A DNA stretch of 64,000 nucleotides from Gemmatimonadota bacterium (GCA_036679605.1 JAZDCZ010000347.1:32001-96000); one strand, 5' to 3'. Counted from the first letter of the stretch, positions 1 through 10,291 are shown. Program-made: numbers and translations. Notes: a model not told the origin generated them from the sequence alone.

Positions 1-1705
1 GATAGTCGGTGTCTCCTGTTGCAAAGGTCGAGGCCCCGGAGCGGGAATACACGACCTTGAACCCGACGTCTCGCCCGGGTGCCACGAGATATGTTACCCG
101 ACCGTCCAAACCGATCACGCCATCCAGCGACCCATCCGATCCGATCTGCTGCAATCCAGGCGCAGCCTCCGCGACAAGACGCCAAGCTTCGAAATCGTGA
201 TGCCAGCTGACCGGCGTCTCTACAAGCAGGTAGAAATTTGGATCGAAATATCCATCGGTCAGATCCTTTTCATAACCGAACGCCCGAAATCGGCCGCCGA
301 CGCCCCAGCCATTGGCGATCTCCCGGGTTACCGAGAAGCGGCCCAGAGTCCTATTGTTGTCTTGCGTGCCCGACAAGGTGGCACGAGATATTTCGGCAAT
401 GAGCGCCCAACCCCGACTCGGCGACGTGCTGGCTACTGCAGTAAGTTCGGCGATAGAAACTCCCTTCTCTATCAACAAGGCTGTGGCATCGACAGATCCA
501 CGCCGATACGTCACGGCGCCGTTTACGGGATACCGACGGGGAGTCGACACACTCGCGAACCCGTTGAAGAAAGTACGGCCGGTGATCCCGTTTGACCCGC
601 TGGCACCAACTGCACCCGTGATATTCCAACCGGGCACCAAATATCCCGTCAAACTCACCGTCGCACCCTCGGCAGAGCGATCGGGAACGCCTATCCTAAA
701 CTCCGTCTGCCTGAAATAGCCATCAAAGCCTACAGCAAGTCGCGGGTGTGGATGCCAACCAGTTCTCAACTGGAACGTGGTCATGTCGTTGCCATCGGAG
801 TCGTTCTCGCGCGTGATCGCAGCTCTCGCCCGAGGGCCCAACACGGAGTGAAGTTCTCGTCGCTCGTCCTGCATGACATTTTCGTCAGACGGTTCGGCTC
901 CTGGCGCCTGGACCATAAGCTCGAAGGCCTCTGCGGCTCGACCCTGCCAGCGCAGAGTCTGCGACAGACCCGCGATGGACTCCCCCTCGGTTGGGTCCAA
1001 CTCGATCGCTCGCTGCCACATATCTTCGGCGTCGATCAGGTCCCCACTCCATGCCGTCGATCGAGCAAGGCCGCGGAGCGCTTGCAGGTCAGTGGAGTCG
1101 TCGCTCATGATGGATTGGTAAATCGTACGAGAGGAATCCAGTTTCCGGGACCAGGCAAGTGCCTGCGCCAATCCAAGCCGTGCGCTCCGCCGCGCAGCAC
1201 TGGGGTTGGGCGCAACCTCGAGGAGCCTCTCATAGTTCGCCCGCGCCTCATCTACCTGACCATCCCAGGACGCCACCTGCGCCCTAAGTTCGAGCAGACC
1301 GAGATGTCGCGGACTGCGTTCCATTAACGAGTCTAGGGCCCGGCGGCTACTGGAGAGGTCGCCTCCCCAGGCAATGACCCTAGCCCGATCTACCTGCGCG
1401 TCGACATTGTCAGGCGACACCTGCACCAGTTGATCCAACAGGATGACTCCCTCCTGGTAACGCTGCGTCCATGCCAGGATCATACCCAGGCGATACAGTG
1501 CCTCGGCGTCGCCAGAGTCAGCCGCCAGCCGCTGAGAGTAGAGACGTTCGGCCGCTGCGAGGTCTCTGCGGCCCCACGCCTCGCCCGCGGCATCTTCCTG
1601 GGCCCACACAGATTCGCAGATCGTCAATCCGAGCAAAACCGCAAGAAACCCGCCGAAGAAAGGTCGGGCGGTACACAAAATGCTAGGCGCTAAAGGGTGT
1701 TTCAT
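1..1705 (-). CDS. Secreted TPR-repeat protein with C-terminal outer-membrane beta-barrel (YaiO/PgaA-like exporter); 3' end runs off the window
   Basis: Absent from the ORF track because it has no stop inside the window. Manual translation from ATG 1705 gives MKHPLAPSILCTARPFFGGFLAVLLGLTICESVWAQE (signal peptide), then TPR-like repeats (ALYRLGMILAWTQRY, ARLGLAQALAWSGKL, ALRGLARSTAWSGDL), then amphipathic beta-strands (GYFDPNFYLLVETPVSWHHDF). The frame is open to position 2. Confidence 0.8.
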   Translation of the reverse strand, partial: MKHPLAPSILCTARPFFGGFLAVLLGLTICESVWAQEDAAGEAWGRRDLAAAERLYSQRLAADSGDAEALYRLGMILAWTQRYQEGVILLDQLVQVSPDNVDAQVDRARVIAWGGDLSSSRRALDSLMERSPRHLGLLELRAQVASWDGQVDEARANYERLLEVAPNPSAARRSARLGLAQALAWSRKLDSSRTIYQSIMSDDSTDLQALRGLARSTAWSGDLIDAEDMWQRAIELDPTEGESIAGLSQTLRWQGRAAEAFELMVQAPGAEPSDENVMQDERRELHSVLGPRARAAITRENDSDGNDMTTFQLRTGWHPHPRLAVGFDGYFRQTEFRIGVPDRSAEGATVSLTGYLVPGWNITGAVGASGSNGITGRTFFNGFASVSTPRRYPVNGAVTYRRGSVDATALLIEKGVSIAELTAVASTSPSRGWALIAEISRATLSGTQDNNRTLGRFSVTREIANGWGVGGRFRAFGYEKDLTDGYFDPNFYLLVETPVSWHHDFEAWRLVAEAAPGLQQIGSDGSLDGVIGLDGRVTYLVAPGRDVGFKVVYSRSGASTFATGDTDY

Positions 1706-1864
1706 AGCAATAATTTGTCAGCAATGTTTCGTCATATCCGATCGGCAGATGAGGAAACAATAACGCCCGTGTCCCCTGTAAGAGAAGTAGGCAATAGAGG
1801 TGCTGATCATTGGGACTCCGGTGTATATTCCCGTTCCCCAACAGAGACGATAGAGGCACCCCGC

Positions 1865-3286
1865 ATGGACGACTCAGTAAGAGACAAAGGCACCATCTTC
1901 AATAAGTCGGTGGCCCTCTTCGCCCTAGTGCTGATATTCGGTTGTTCGGATGGGTCTTTTACAGATCCGACCGGAGAGTCTCAAGACTCCCAGCCTGGGG
2001 TCGCCACCGAGCAGGTAGCCCACCTAGTCGTTCAGAACGACGCAACCGTCTTGCGGCAGCGAGTGACCTATATGGGCGGGCTGCAATTGGTGCTGACTCC
2101 GCTGCCGGCCAGTGTCGCACCCAACACGGCGGCGAGCAATCAAGACGACGACGATGAAGACGACTTCCGCATGCTGCTCGTTGCCGAGGTCGCCTCTCCC
2201 GAACTAAACGGTACCACGCTCCAGGCCACACACGTTGTCGTCCGCGGCAAGAGTGCGCTTGTATCCTACAACGTTCAGGGTGCCGAGCGAGCTGGCGGAG
2301 TGGACGTATTAGACGTTCACAATTTGGACGAAGTAATACTCACCTCTGAGGCCTTGTTCTTAAATACCGATGTTGGCGCGCTCGATCTACATGACCGGCG
2401 GCTCTTTCTAGCCACTTCCACCGGCGACGAAGGGTTTGAATCGCCTGCAGTGCTCGAAGTAATCCAAATGGACAAGGATACGCTTACCGAAGAGACAGTT
2501 AGGGTCGATCTACCGAGTTTTGCCGGCACCGGAGTCGTAGCCCATGGTAACTCGGTGTTCGTAACCTCCGGGACAGGCGGACCAGGGGTAGGGGGACTGT
2601 CTGCTTTCAGTCTCAATAGCCTCGAACGCAACTTCTTCGCAGAATTCCCCGACGCTAGGGCAGTGGACATTCACGGGAGCGAAGTCGTTGCGATGCGCGG
2701 CACGCCCGGTGAAATACGAATATTCGATAGAGGCTCGGGAGAGTTGGAACGCGTTTTTCCGTCGGGAGGCGCAAATATTGCGGAATCCAAGTCCACAGTG
2801 CAGGTGGCGCGCGGTCTGATATTCTACGCTGCAGGCGACGAAGGGCTAAGGGTTGTGGACTTCAAGACCGGCGACGTCGTTGCCGAGCTTCCCGTACCCG
2901 ACATCAAGGGAGTTGATCCGGCTAACGCCGTTACAAACGCCGTCTCAATCCACGGCAATTTGGTGTTCCTCGCTAATGGCGGGGCCGGGCTGTTTGTCGC
3001 ACGAGCGAACAAGGACCTGGACGACGAAGACGACGAAGATGAAACCGGAGACGGCGGCGGGAACCAGGACACGTTCGGCATCGACCTCCTAGGACGCGTA
3101 GAGTTCCCCGACGGGGAGTCCGTCAACTTTGTAGGTGGCCGAGGAAACCTGTTGTTCGTGGCCACGGGCAGAGGTGGACTCAAGATCATCAAGATCGAGC
3201 GAGATGACGACGACGACAACGAGAACGATGAAGACGATGATGGTGATGACGACGAGGGAAATGATGACGATGACGACGGTAACTAG
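1865..3286 (+). CDS. Lipoprotein with LVIVD-like beta-propeller and poly-Asp/Glu tracts
   Basis: Start moved to ATG 1865 (GAGG upstream). Lipobox LIFGC. Propeller-like blades (LFLATSTG, VFLANGGAGLFV, LFVATGRGGLKII). Three acidic tracts, including C-terminal DDDDDNENDEDDDGDDDEGNDDDDDGN. Confidence 0.75.
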   Translation: MDDSVRDKGTIFNKSVALFALVLIFGCSDGSFTDPTGESQDSQPGVATEQVAHLVVQNDATVLRQRVTYMGGLQLVLTPLPASVAPNTAASNQDDDDEDDFRMLLVAEVASPELNGTTLQATHVVVRGKSALVSYNVQGAERAGGVDVLDVHNLDEVILTSEALFLNTDVGALDLHDRRLFLATSTGDEGFESPAVLEVIQMDKDTLTEETVRVDLPSFAGTGVVAHGNSVFVTSGTGGPGVGGLSAFSLNSLERNFFAEFPDARAVDIHGSEVVAMRGTPGEIRIFDRGSGELERVFPSGGANIAESKSTVQVARGLIFYAAGDEGLRVVDFKTGDVVAELPVPDIKGVDPANAVTNAVSIHGNLVFLANGGAGLFVARANKDLDDEDDEDETGDGGGNQDTFGIDLLGRVEFPDGESVNFVGGRGNLLFVATGRGGLKIIKIERDDDDDNENDEDDDGDDDEGNDDDDDGN

Positions 3287-4689
3287 GATTCAAATCCGCG
3301 GCGGCGCATCTCCCCCCAGTGCTTGAAGCCCCATAGTGCATTCCAGAAACCCTTGAGCCGCCAGAAAACTGTAAGTTGGCGATACCCAAAGGGCTCCACT
3401 AAGGCATATCCTACCAAGCGGAAGAGATCGCTAAACCGACCGTAGACCCTGAACGTCGTTTCCTCGAGAATTATGGCACTAATACTCAAAAGCACTTGAT
3501 ACCCAAGCGCCACCGCAAAAAACAGTAGCGCGAATTGCAAGCTCAGGATCCCCAAGACCATTCCCAATATCGTGAGCAGATAACCCATGACTTCGGCCAC
3601 CGGCGCAAGCATCTCGCCGAAGAAGAAGAATGGCATCGTTACCATGCCCACCCTACCGAACTTGGGATTGAACAAGAGCCGGAGGTGAGACGTCATAGTA
3701 ACTATGAGACCACGGTGCCACCGTTCGCGCTGCCGTCCATGAGTGCGTAAGTCTGACGGAACCTCCGTCCATGCCACGGGATCGGGTACGAACGGGATGT
3801 CATAGGGGACTCCCTCTTTCCGAAGGTGCTCGTGCAGGCGTACCACGATGTCGAGGTCCTCAACCACATTACCCGAAGTGTATCCGCCGATGTCCAACAG
3901 ATAGTGCCGCTGAAACAAGCCAAACGCCCCGGAGATTATCAGGTTGCCACCCAACTTGTTCCACCCAAGACGGCCGAACAGAAATGCTCGCAAGTATTCG
4001 GGAACCTGTACGGCAGAGAGGAAACCACGAGGCACACGCGCATCTACGACGTGTGCGTGTTCGACCCTGCAGCCATTGGCCACTCGGATCGAACCACCGG
4101 CGGCGGCCACGTTTTCACCTAGGAGGAACGGACGAACAAGTCGCAGTAGAGCATCTCGAGCAACCAACGTGTCGGCATCGACAGCCACAACAAGCGGGTA
4201 CCGCGCTGAGGTCAATGCAACGTTCAACGAATCTGCCTTGCCTCCGTTTTCCTTGTCAATAACGAGAAGCCGGCTGCGCGTTCGCGATCGATAGAACGCC
4301 CGGACCGGTTGCGTTTCGATTTGTCGCGGGAATGCCGGAGGTACCTCGTACAGATCGAAGCTCGCTTGTAGTCGGTGCATCGTGTCATCGTCGGACCCGT
4401 CGTTCACAACGATCACCTCGTGCTGCGGGTACTCGAGAGCTAGCTGTGCCGCCACACTCTCGGTAATACTGGCTTCCATGTTATGAGCTGGAATAATGAT
4501 CGAAATCGGAGGCAACGCCTCCGATCCGACATAGCTCTTGAGATCCTCCAGCCGCATGATGTTCCAGTGTTTCCAAATCTCCGGGACAGCGAGCAGGAGC
4601 AGGAGCGCATAGAAGGAATTGACCGCGAGAAAATACCATATGATCGCGTGGTCGGCAGACACTATAGCGGAGACAATGAGATCGTACAT
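3283..4689 (-). CDS. Processive family 2 glycosyltransferase (PgaC/IcaA-like)
   Basis: Motifs NDGSDD, KENGGKADSLN, VDAD, VEDLD and QRERW (D,D,D,QxxRW signature). N- and C-terminal TM helices. Confidence 0.9.
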   Translation of the reverse strand: MYDLIVSAIVSADHAIIWYFLAVNSFYALLLLLAVPEIWKHWNIMRLEDLKSYVGSEALPPISIIIPAHNMEASITESVAAQLALEYPQHEVIVVNDGSDDDTMHRLQASFDLYEVPPAFPRQIETQPVRAFYRSRTRSRLLVIDKENGGKADSLNVALTSARYPLVVAVDADTLVARDALLRLVRPFLLGENVAAAGGSIRVANGCRVEHAHVVDARVPRGFLSAVQVPEYLRAFLFGRLGWNKLGGNLIISGAFGLFQRHYLLDIGGYTSGNVVEDLDIVVRLHEHLRKEGVPYDIPFVPDPVAWTEVPSDLRTHGRQRERWHRGLIVTMTSHLRLLFNPKFGRVGMVTMPFFFFGEMLAPVAEVMGYLLTILGMVLGILSLQFALLFFAVALGYQVLLSISAIILEETTFRVYGRFSDLFRLVGYALVEPFGYRQLTVFWRLKGFWNALWGFKHWGEMRRRGFES

Positions 4690-4693
4690 CAGT

Positions 4694-5755
4694 TCAAGCC
4701 GAATAGTCCTTCACCGCGGCCTCGGTGAGCCGTAGTGCATAGTTTGCCATCTCGCTCGCGTAGCGATCGTCGCCGCTCGCCACTGCCTTGAGTTCTGTTG
4801 TGCCACACGTACCTATCTGCCGGAGTGCAATCGCAGCTCGAAGCCGCACCCACCAGTTGGCGTCCTGCAGCGCCCCACGGAGCACCTCTGCTGACCGGTC
4901 GTGACCAATTATGCCGAGCGCAGACGCAGCTCGTGTCCGAACCTCCCACTTGGTATCAGCAAGCATCGTTTCTAGCGCGGCGCCGGCGCACTCTCCACCA
5001 TAATGGGCAAGCGCGCGTGCAACCGCCCCCCGGACGCCCTTGTCTTCGTGATCTGCAAGTTCCAGGACACGATCCTTCAAGTCGGGAGCAGTGAGCGCGC
5101 CAGCTAGCCTAACCAAGTCGCATAGTTCGAAGACCGATCGGGGAGCCGACAACCTAGTCTTCAACACCGGCACTAGCGGCGGCCCAACTTCGACTAGTTT
5201 GTCGAACATGTACTGCCGCACCACTCGACGGGCGCTTACCGCCTCGCCGAGTAGGGCCTCCAGAATATCCGGGTCGTGCAATTGTGAGACTATCGAGATC
5301 GCTGCGAGCTTGACGGCCGCGTGTCTATCTCCAATGAGCAACCGAGCTGCCTCGAGATCCGCCTCGGCACCGAGAATCGCAAGCGCTCTCGCACTCATGA
5401 GGCGATGCCACCAAAGGCGCGATCGCACGTAGCGAGTAGTGACAGTCAAATACCAATGCGATAGCCTGATATACCCCGCAACCAATTCCCATCTGTCGGC
5501 ATGATTTTGACTTGCATGCTGTTGCAAAACGGCAGTTACGTTGTCAAACCCACAGCGGTCGATTTCTTGCACCAGTTCTTCACTGGTCAGTTGACCATTC
5601 AGAGTTTTGTGAACGGCTAGGCTCAGGCGACTTTGTTCACGTTCACGCCTCACTATGCGAATGGAAGTTCGCCACCGACGTACTGCCAGAAATATGAAGG
5701 TGACAACCAGGAAGGCGCCCTGCCCTATGGCAATCACAATGAGAAAAGTCTTCAT
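4694..5755 (-). CDS. Membrane-anchored HEAT-repeat protein
   Basis: Start moved to ATG 5755 (GAGG upstream). N-terminal TM helix. HEAT repeats (VRGAVARALA, WEVRTRAASALG, WWVRLRAAIALR). 4-bp gap to the GT2 gene. Confidence 0.85.
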   Translation of the reverse strand: MKTFLIVIAIGQGAFLVVTFIFLAVRRWRTSIRIVRREREQSRLSLAVHKTLNGQLTSEELVQEIDRCGFDNVTAVLQQHASQNHADRWELVAGYIRLSHWYLTVTTRYVRSRLWWHRLMSARALAILGAEADLEAARLLIGDRHAAVKLAAISIVSQLHDPDILEALLGEAVSARRVVRQYMFDKLVEVGPPLVPVLKTRLSAPRSVFELCDLVRLAGALTAPDLKDRVLELADHEDKGVRGAVARALAHYGGECAGAALETMLADTKWEVRTRAASALGIIGHDRSAEVLRGALQDANWWVRLRAAIALRQIGTCGTTELKAVASGDDRYASEMANYALRLTEAAVKDYSA

Positions 5756-5941
5756 GGAAGCAAACAACCTCGGTTCTGAGTCCTGTCCTGCGCCTGCTCG
5801 GTGAGCCAACGGCCACCGAGCGGTACGATGATGCGCGGCGCGTAAGATGCACACTGGGCCTCAAGAGCGCGAGTGCCGGTTACTTGACCCGATATCTAAG
5901 GCTACCTTGAGCTCACGACTGGAACTCAAACAGGTGAAGCC

Positions 5942-6445
5942 ATGGCCGCACAATCATCGTTCGATATATCGACCGGCGCCGATCTCCAGGAGGTCGATAA
6001 CGCTGTCAACCAGGCACGGAAGGAGGTCGCGCAGCGCTACGACTTTAAGGGAACGCACTGTACGATAGAGTTCGACCGAAAGAGCGCATCAATCAAATTA
6101 GAAGCGGACGACGACTACCGCATCAAGGCGTTGTGGGATGTCCTGCAATCGAAGCTCGTTCGCCGCAAGGTCCCGACCAAGAATGTGACCGCCAGCGATC
6201 CCGAGCCGGCGGGCGGGGCCCGGGTTAGGCAGCAGATCTCCCTGCAACAGAGCATTCCACCAGATACGGCGCGCGCGATCGTGAAGGACATCAAGGATCA
6301 AAAATTGAAGAAGGTGCAGGCAGCCATTCAGGGAGACGAGGTGCGAGTGTCGTCACCCTCGCGCGATGCTTTGCAGGCTGTGATCGAGTTCCTCAAGGCC
6401 CAGGACTACGGTGTAGAGCTGAGTTTCGGGAACTATAGGGGGTAG
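5942..6445 (+). CDS. yajQ: YajQ family (UPF0234) nucleotide/c-di-GMP-binding protein
   Basis: SFDI..DLQEVDNAVNQARKEV..RYDFKG, KKVQAAIQGDEVRV and C-terminal FGNYR. Confidence 0.95.
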   Translation: MAAQSSFDISTGADLQEVDNAVNQARKEVAQRYDFKGTHCTIEFDRKSASIKLEADDDYRIKALWDVLQSKLVRRKVPTKNVTASDPEPAGGARVRQQISLQQSIPPDTARAIVKDIKDQKLKKVQAAIQGDEVRVSSPSRDALQAVIEFLKAQDYGVELSFGNYRG

Positions 6446-6459
6446 GGTAGGTCCCTACC
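6441..6459. terminator. Hairpin overlapping the stop codons of convergent yajQ and kinase genes
   Basis: GGTAGGG-TAGGT-CCCTACC, a perfect 7-bp stem. No U-tract, so terminator function is uncertain. Confidence 0.3.
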
Positions 6460-9088
6460 GACTCGACCCCCGCAACACGAAGAGATCCCCCAACCTATCA
6501 GTGACGCTGAACACGATCCTTCCATCGGAAGTCCACGACGGGAAATCGATGATTCTCGTGGGCTCAGTAAACGCGTGCAAGAGCTTCGGCTCGCCACCTG
6601 CCGTTGGCACCGTATAAAGGTCTCGGTGGTCGCGCAGAAACAGGATCTGCGTCCCGTCCGGGGAAACCGCAGGATGCGCGTCGTCAATACCCCCGGTCTT
6701 CATCTGACGGAACTCGGCGGTACTGAGGTTCACCGACCACAGGGTCACCGAACCGACATCGTCCAGATCAAAGTAAATCGTTTTCCCATCGGCAGACCAA
6801 GTTGGGCTCCCCGTGAGGCCATCTGGCGTCGGAATCAACGTCAGGCTGCGACCATCGACCGACGCCCGATAGAGTTGCGACTGGCGCACCGGAAAATAGA
6901 CGAATGCATCGGTCCGTTGATCTCGCCCGCGAAACGCAATCTGGCTGCCATCTGGTGAAAATGCCGGATCGTCCGCCAAGAGATGTGTCCCCACGACAGT
7001 CTCACTGCCGGTAGAGAGATCCTGGATCACCAAACCCTGCTCGGTACCATACGCGATGCGGTTGCCGTCCGGAGACCATGCGCTGTGCCTCGCTCCCGCA
7101 CGACTGACCTGCCGCATTTGACTCGATGACAATTCCAGCATCCATAACTCGTCCGTGCCGGTGCGGTTCGAGTAGAAGAGCAGTTTAGCGCCATCAGGTG
7201 AGACACGCGGATAGTCTTCTGTGGTAGTCTCCGAGGTGAGTTGCGCGAGCCGGTCTTCGGTTGGGTCCAGAGCCCAGACGTCGGGCGCGGTGTGCAACGT
7301 CGCATAGGCCAAGCCGGACCCGTCGGGCGCCACAGCACCGCTTATATCTTCACCTACTCCCGTGGTAAGCCGTTCCGGTGGTCCCTCGGGACCAGGGGAA
7401 TCCGCACCAAACGGGACGCCCCACAAGTTGAGCGACCCGCCGCGGGTCGACGAGAATGCAATCCAGCTGCCATCGGGAGACCAAGACGGGCGAAGCGCCA
7501 CTGCCGCTCTATCGAAGGTGAGCTGCACGGGACTGGAATCCCCCACAGCCGGAATGACATAGAGATCCCACCCCGTCGCAGTGCTGGCCCCGCCCACATA
7601 CGCGATCCACGCACCGTCCGGTGACCATGCTAGTCCCGCAACCCGTGGCTCCACGCCCTCTACCCGCGATACCGATTGATCGGCCACCGACACGATGTAT
7701 AACCGCCAATTGCCGTCCCGCGCCGACCGAAACGCGATGCGGCTGCCATCCGGTGACCAACTCGGGTCGTAGGCGTCGTCGGCCAACTTCAACACAGTGC
7801 CACCCAATGCCGGCATCACGAAGAGATCTCCATTCCGGCCGTAGGTATACGGCGCCAGCTCACGGGCCCCACTGAAAATTCCCAAACGCCCGCCGCGATT
7901 ACGTGCCGACACGAAGGCGAGTTGCGTGCCGTCGGGCGAATAGGCAGGCTGAACCTCGTCGACACCGGGTGCTCCGATACGAATAGCCTGGCCACCATCC
8001 ACCTGCCGCATCCACAAGCCGAGATGGCCATCCTGCGACGAGGTGTAGACCACAGTTCGTCCGTCGGGAGACCAGGTCGGTTCAGTCTCCAGCCCCGGTA
8101 GTGTAGTGATCCGTTCGAGGTCGGTGAGCGCGGGAATCGGGCTCGATGAGCCGGACAATACGACTCGCACCAGAACCCAGACCGCTGCAACGACCGCAAC
8201 TACGGCAACCGGAACAGTCCAGGACACTCGGAGCTGCCGCCGCTCCGGCTGCACAGTCACGGTCGCCACGGCTTCGGCGAATTCGCCCGCTGTGTCATGG
8301 CGGTCTGCCGGCACCTTTGACAACGCGCGGTCCAACGCTGCTTCGATGTGGAGCGGCACCGTGTTACGCCGAATGCGAATCTTTTGTGGTTTTTCGGTGA
8401 TCACCTGCGCAATAACCGCTTGGACATTGGTACCGGTGTAAGGCGGATCACCGGCAAGCATTTCGTATAGTAGGCATGCCAAAGAATAGACGTCGCTTCT
8501 CGCGTCGACGTTGCGGTCGCCCGTCGCCTGCTCAGGACTCATGTAGGACGGAGTGCCAAGCGACAGGCCCGTTTCGGTCATCCGTTCGCCGGCGGCCGCA
8601 GAGACCGCCAACGCAATACCAAAGTCCAGTACCATCGCACGACCCTCGTGCAGCACGACGTTCTCGGGCTTGATGTCGCGGTGGATCACTCCCTGCCGAT
8701 GAGCGTAATCGAGTGCGGCGGCTATGTCCCTGGTTATCTCGATCGCATCATCGATCTTTAGTTGCTTCTCCCTAACCAACTTGGCACGAAGTGTCTCTCC
8801 CTCGATGTACGGCATCACGTAATACAAAAACCCATCGGCCTCGCCGGAGTCGAACAACGGTAGGATGTGCGGATGCTGAAGATTGGCGGTTACCGTGATC
8901 TCTTTCAGAAATCGCTCGGCACCAACTACGGCAGCGAGTTCGGGACGGAGAATCTTGAGCGCGACCGGACGGTTGTGCTTGAGATCGCGTGCCAGATACA
9001 CAGTTGCCATCCCACCCTGCCCCACCTCGCGCTCAATGGCGTAGCGGTCCGCAAGTGCTACGTTCAGACGATCGACTAGTTCAGCCAT
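6455..9088 (-). CDS. Hanks-type Ser/Thr protein kinase with TM helix and TolB/PD40 beta-propeller repeats
   Basis: GQGGMATVY, VALK, HRDIKPEN, DFG and GTPSYMSPE; one TM helix; many WSPDG repeats. Confidence 0.95.
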   Translation of the reverse strand: MAELVDRLNVALADRYAIEREVGQGGMATVYLARDLKHNRPVALKILRPELAAVVGAERFLKEITVTANLQHPHILPLFDSGEADGFLYYVMPYIEGETLRAKLVREKQLKIDDAIEITRDIAAALDYAHRQGVIHRDIKPENVVLHEGRAMVLDFGIALAVSAAAGERMTETGLSLGTPSYMSPEQATGDRNVDARSDVYSLACLLYEMLAGDPPYTGTNVQAVIAQVITEKPQKIRIRRNTVPLHIEAALDRALSKVPADRHDTAGEFAEAVATVTVQPERRQLRVSWTVPVAVVAVVAAVWVLVRVVLSGSSSPIPALTDLERITTLPGLETEPTWSPDGRTVVYTSSQDGHLGLWMRQVDGGQAIRIGAPGVDEVQPAYSPDGTQLAFVSARNRGGRLGIFSGARELAPYTYGRNGDLFVMPALGGTVLKLADDAYDPSWSPDGSRIAFRSARDGNWRLYIVSVADQSVSRVEGVEPRVAGLAWSPDGAWIAYVGGASTATGWDLYVIPAVGDSSPVQLTFDRAAVALRPSWSPDGSWIAFSSTRGGSLNLWGVPFGADSPGPEGPPERLTTGVGEDISGAVAPDGSGLAYATLHTAPDVWALDPTEDRLAQLTSETTTEDYPRVSPDGAKLLFYSNRTGTDELWMLELSSSQMRQVSRAGARHSAWSPDGNRIAYGTEQGLVIQDLSTGSETVVGTHLLADDPAFSPDGSQIAFRGRDQRTDAFVYFPVRQSQLYRASVDGRSLTLIPTPDGLTGSPTWSADGKTIYFDLDDVGSVTLWSVNLSTAEFRQMKTGGIDDAHPAVSPDGTQILFLRDHRDLYTVPTAGGEPKLLHAFTEPTRIIDFPSWTSDGRIVFSVTDRLGDLFVLRGSSR

Positions 9089-9106
9089 TGGGACAATATG
9101 AGAACA

Positions 9107-10219
9107 CTACCGGACCGGAAGCATCACGTGACCGTACGGAGTGCCTGACCACATCAACCACGGCCCTCCGGTAGAAGGATCGGTGGGAAAATTCGCCAAG
9201 TCGAGCAACTTGGCGGTCAGGTACATCATCAGATGAGGTCCGCCGACGATCCAGTCTTGCCCCGGAGGTGGAGCCGTGGCACACACATCCTCCAAATCTG
9301 CACCACTACCTCCCTGAAGCATGTAGGAGAATCCGATGGACGTCAGGTTCGGCGGTGTCACTCCTGCTCCGAAAGCATCCTCCCACATCCTGGCCACTGG
9401 ATTATTGCACGAGGGATCGTTCGATGGAGTGATGGGAGAGTCAGGGTAACACGTCCAATGACTCTTACCTTCCCTCAGCACTGTTACCTCCGACCTCGGC
9501 CCCACAGCGAATCCCAAAACTCTGGCCTCAGCGGCTATGGCATCGACTGTGGCGCTCAATGCATTCTGCATGCTCCATTCTCTATCACCAGGATTCAACC
9601 CCGTAGTGTCTGCCACATGAGCCGGTCCGGTTGGGATCATGATGTGCGCGTAGGGCGTGCCCGCCCACATAATCCACGGACCGCCACCAACCCTGCTGGT
9701 CGGAAGGCTAGTCGAATCCAACGTGCCCGGCGGGAAAAACAGCATCACATGCGGGGGATCGACCACCCAGTCCTCTCGACTTGGCGAGGGAGGTACGAAA
9801 GGATCCGAATCGCTCATGGTCAAACCGCCATGCAACATGTATCCCACGCCGATGGATGTGAGCGCCGGCGTGGTCTTGGCACCTATAGCCTGAATCCAAA
9901 GCGCGGCCATCCCGTCTATGCACTTCGGATCGTCATACGGAACGCTGGGAGCGGTCGGATAGCAGGTCCAACCATTGGATCCCTGCCGAACCAAAGATGT
10001 CCCCCCGCCTCCAACGAAATCCATTATGGTCGCGTCCTTAGCGATCGCTTCCGGACCCGCGCTCATCGCGTTTTGGATCGTCCACTCGGGAGATCCTGGC
10101 TCTGGGCCAGCCGATTCATCGCCACCACCATCAGCGGGGCTACACGCCACAAGCGTGAGAGCCAACGCAGCCAGGCAGAGGCTCGGAGACGAGTGTTGAG
10201 TCAGCCGGCGCATCCACAT
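9107..10219 (-). CDS. Lipoprotein with two tandem copies of an uncharacterised Cys/His/Met-containing domain
   Basis: Lipobox LVAC. Two ~165-aa repeats, each with WTCYP..DP.C, YML.GG, PH.M and GGPW.MW.GTPY.H.M.P. Confidence 0.8.
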   Translation of the reverse strand: MWMRRLTQHSSPSLCLAALALTLVACSPADGGGDESAGPEPGSPEWTIQNAMSAGPEAIAKDATIMDFVGGGGTSLVRQGSNGWTCYPTAPSVPYDDPKCIDGMAALWIQAIGAKTTPALTSIGVGYMLHGGLTMSDSDPFVPPSPSREDWVVDPPHVMLFFPPGTLDSTSLPTSRVGGGPWIMWAGTPYAHIMIPTGPAHVADTTGLNPGDREWSMQNALSATVDAIAAEARVLGFAVGPRSEVTVLREGKSHWTCYPDSPITPSNDPSCNNPVARMWEDAFGAGVTPPNLTSIGFSYMLQGGSGADLEDVCATAPPPGQDWIVGGPHLMMYLTAKLLDLANFPTDPSTGGPWLMWSGTPYGHVMLPVR

Positions 10220-10291
10220 AAGATAGGGGTTCGCGACTCCGCTGGCGAACTCGACACTCTGTCGGCGTCTGGGTGTATCTTCGGTGTCTGT

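Noticed and set aside
9233..10291. 5' half of the 621-aa track ORF 9233..11098
   Set aside because: It is the antisense shadow of the 9107..10219 lipoprotein. Protein-like sequence with a signal peptide begins only at 10292.
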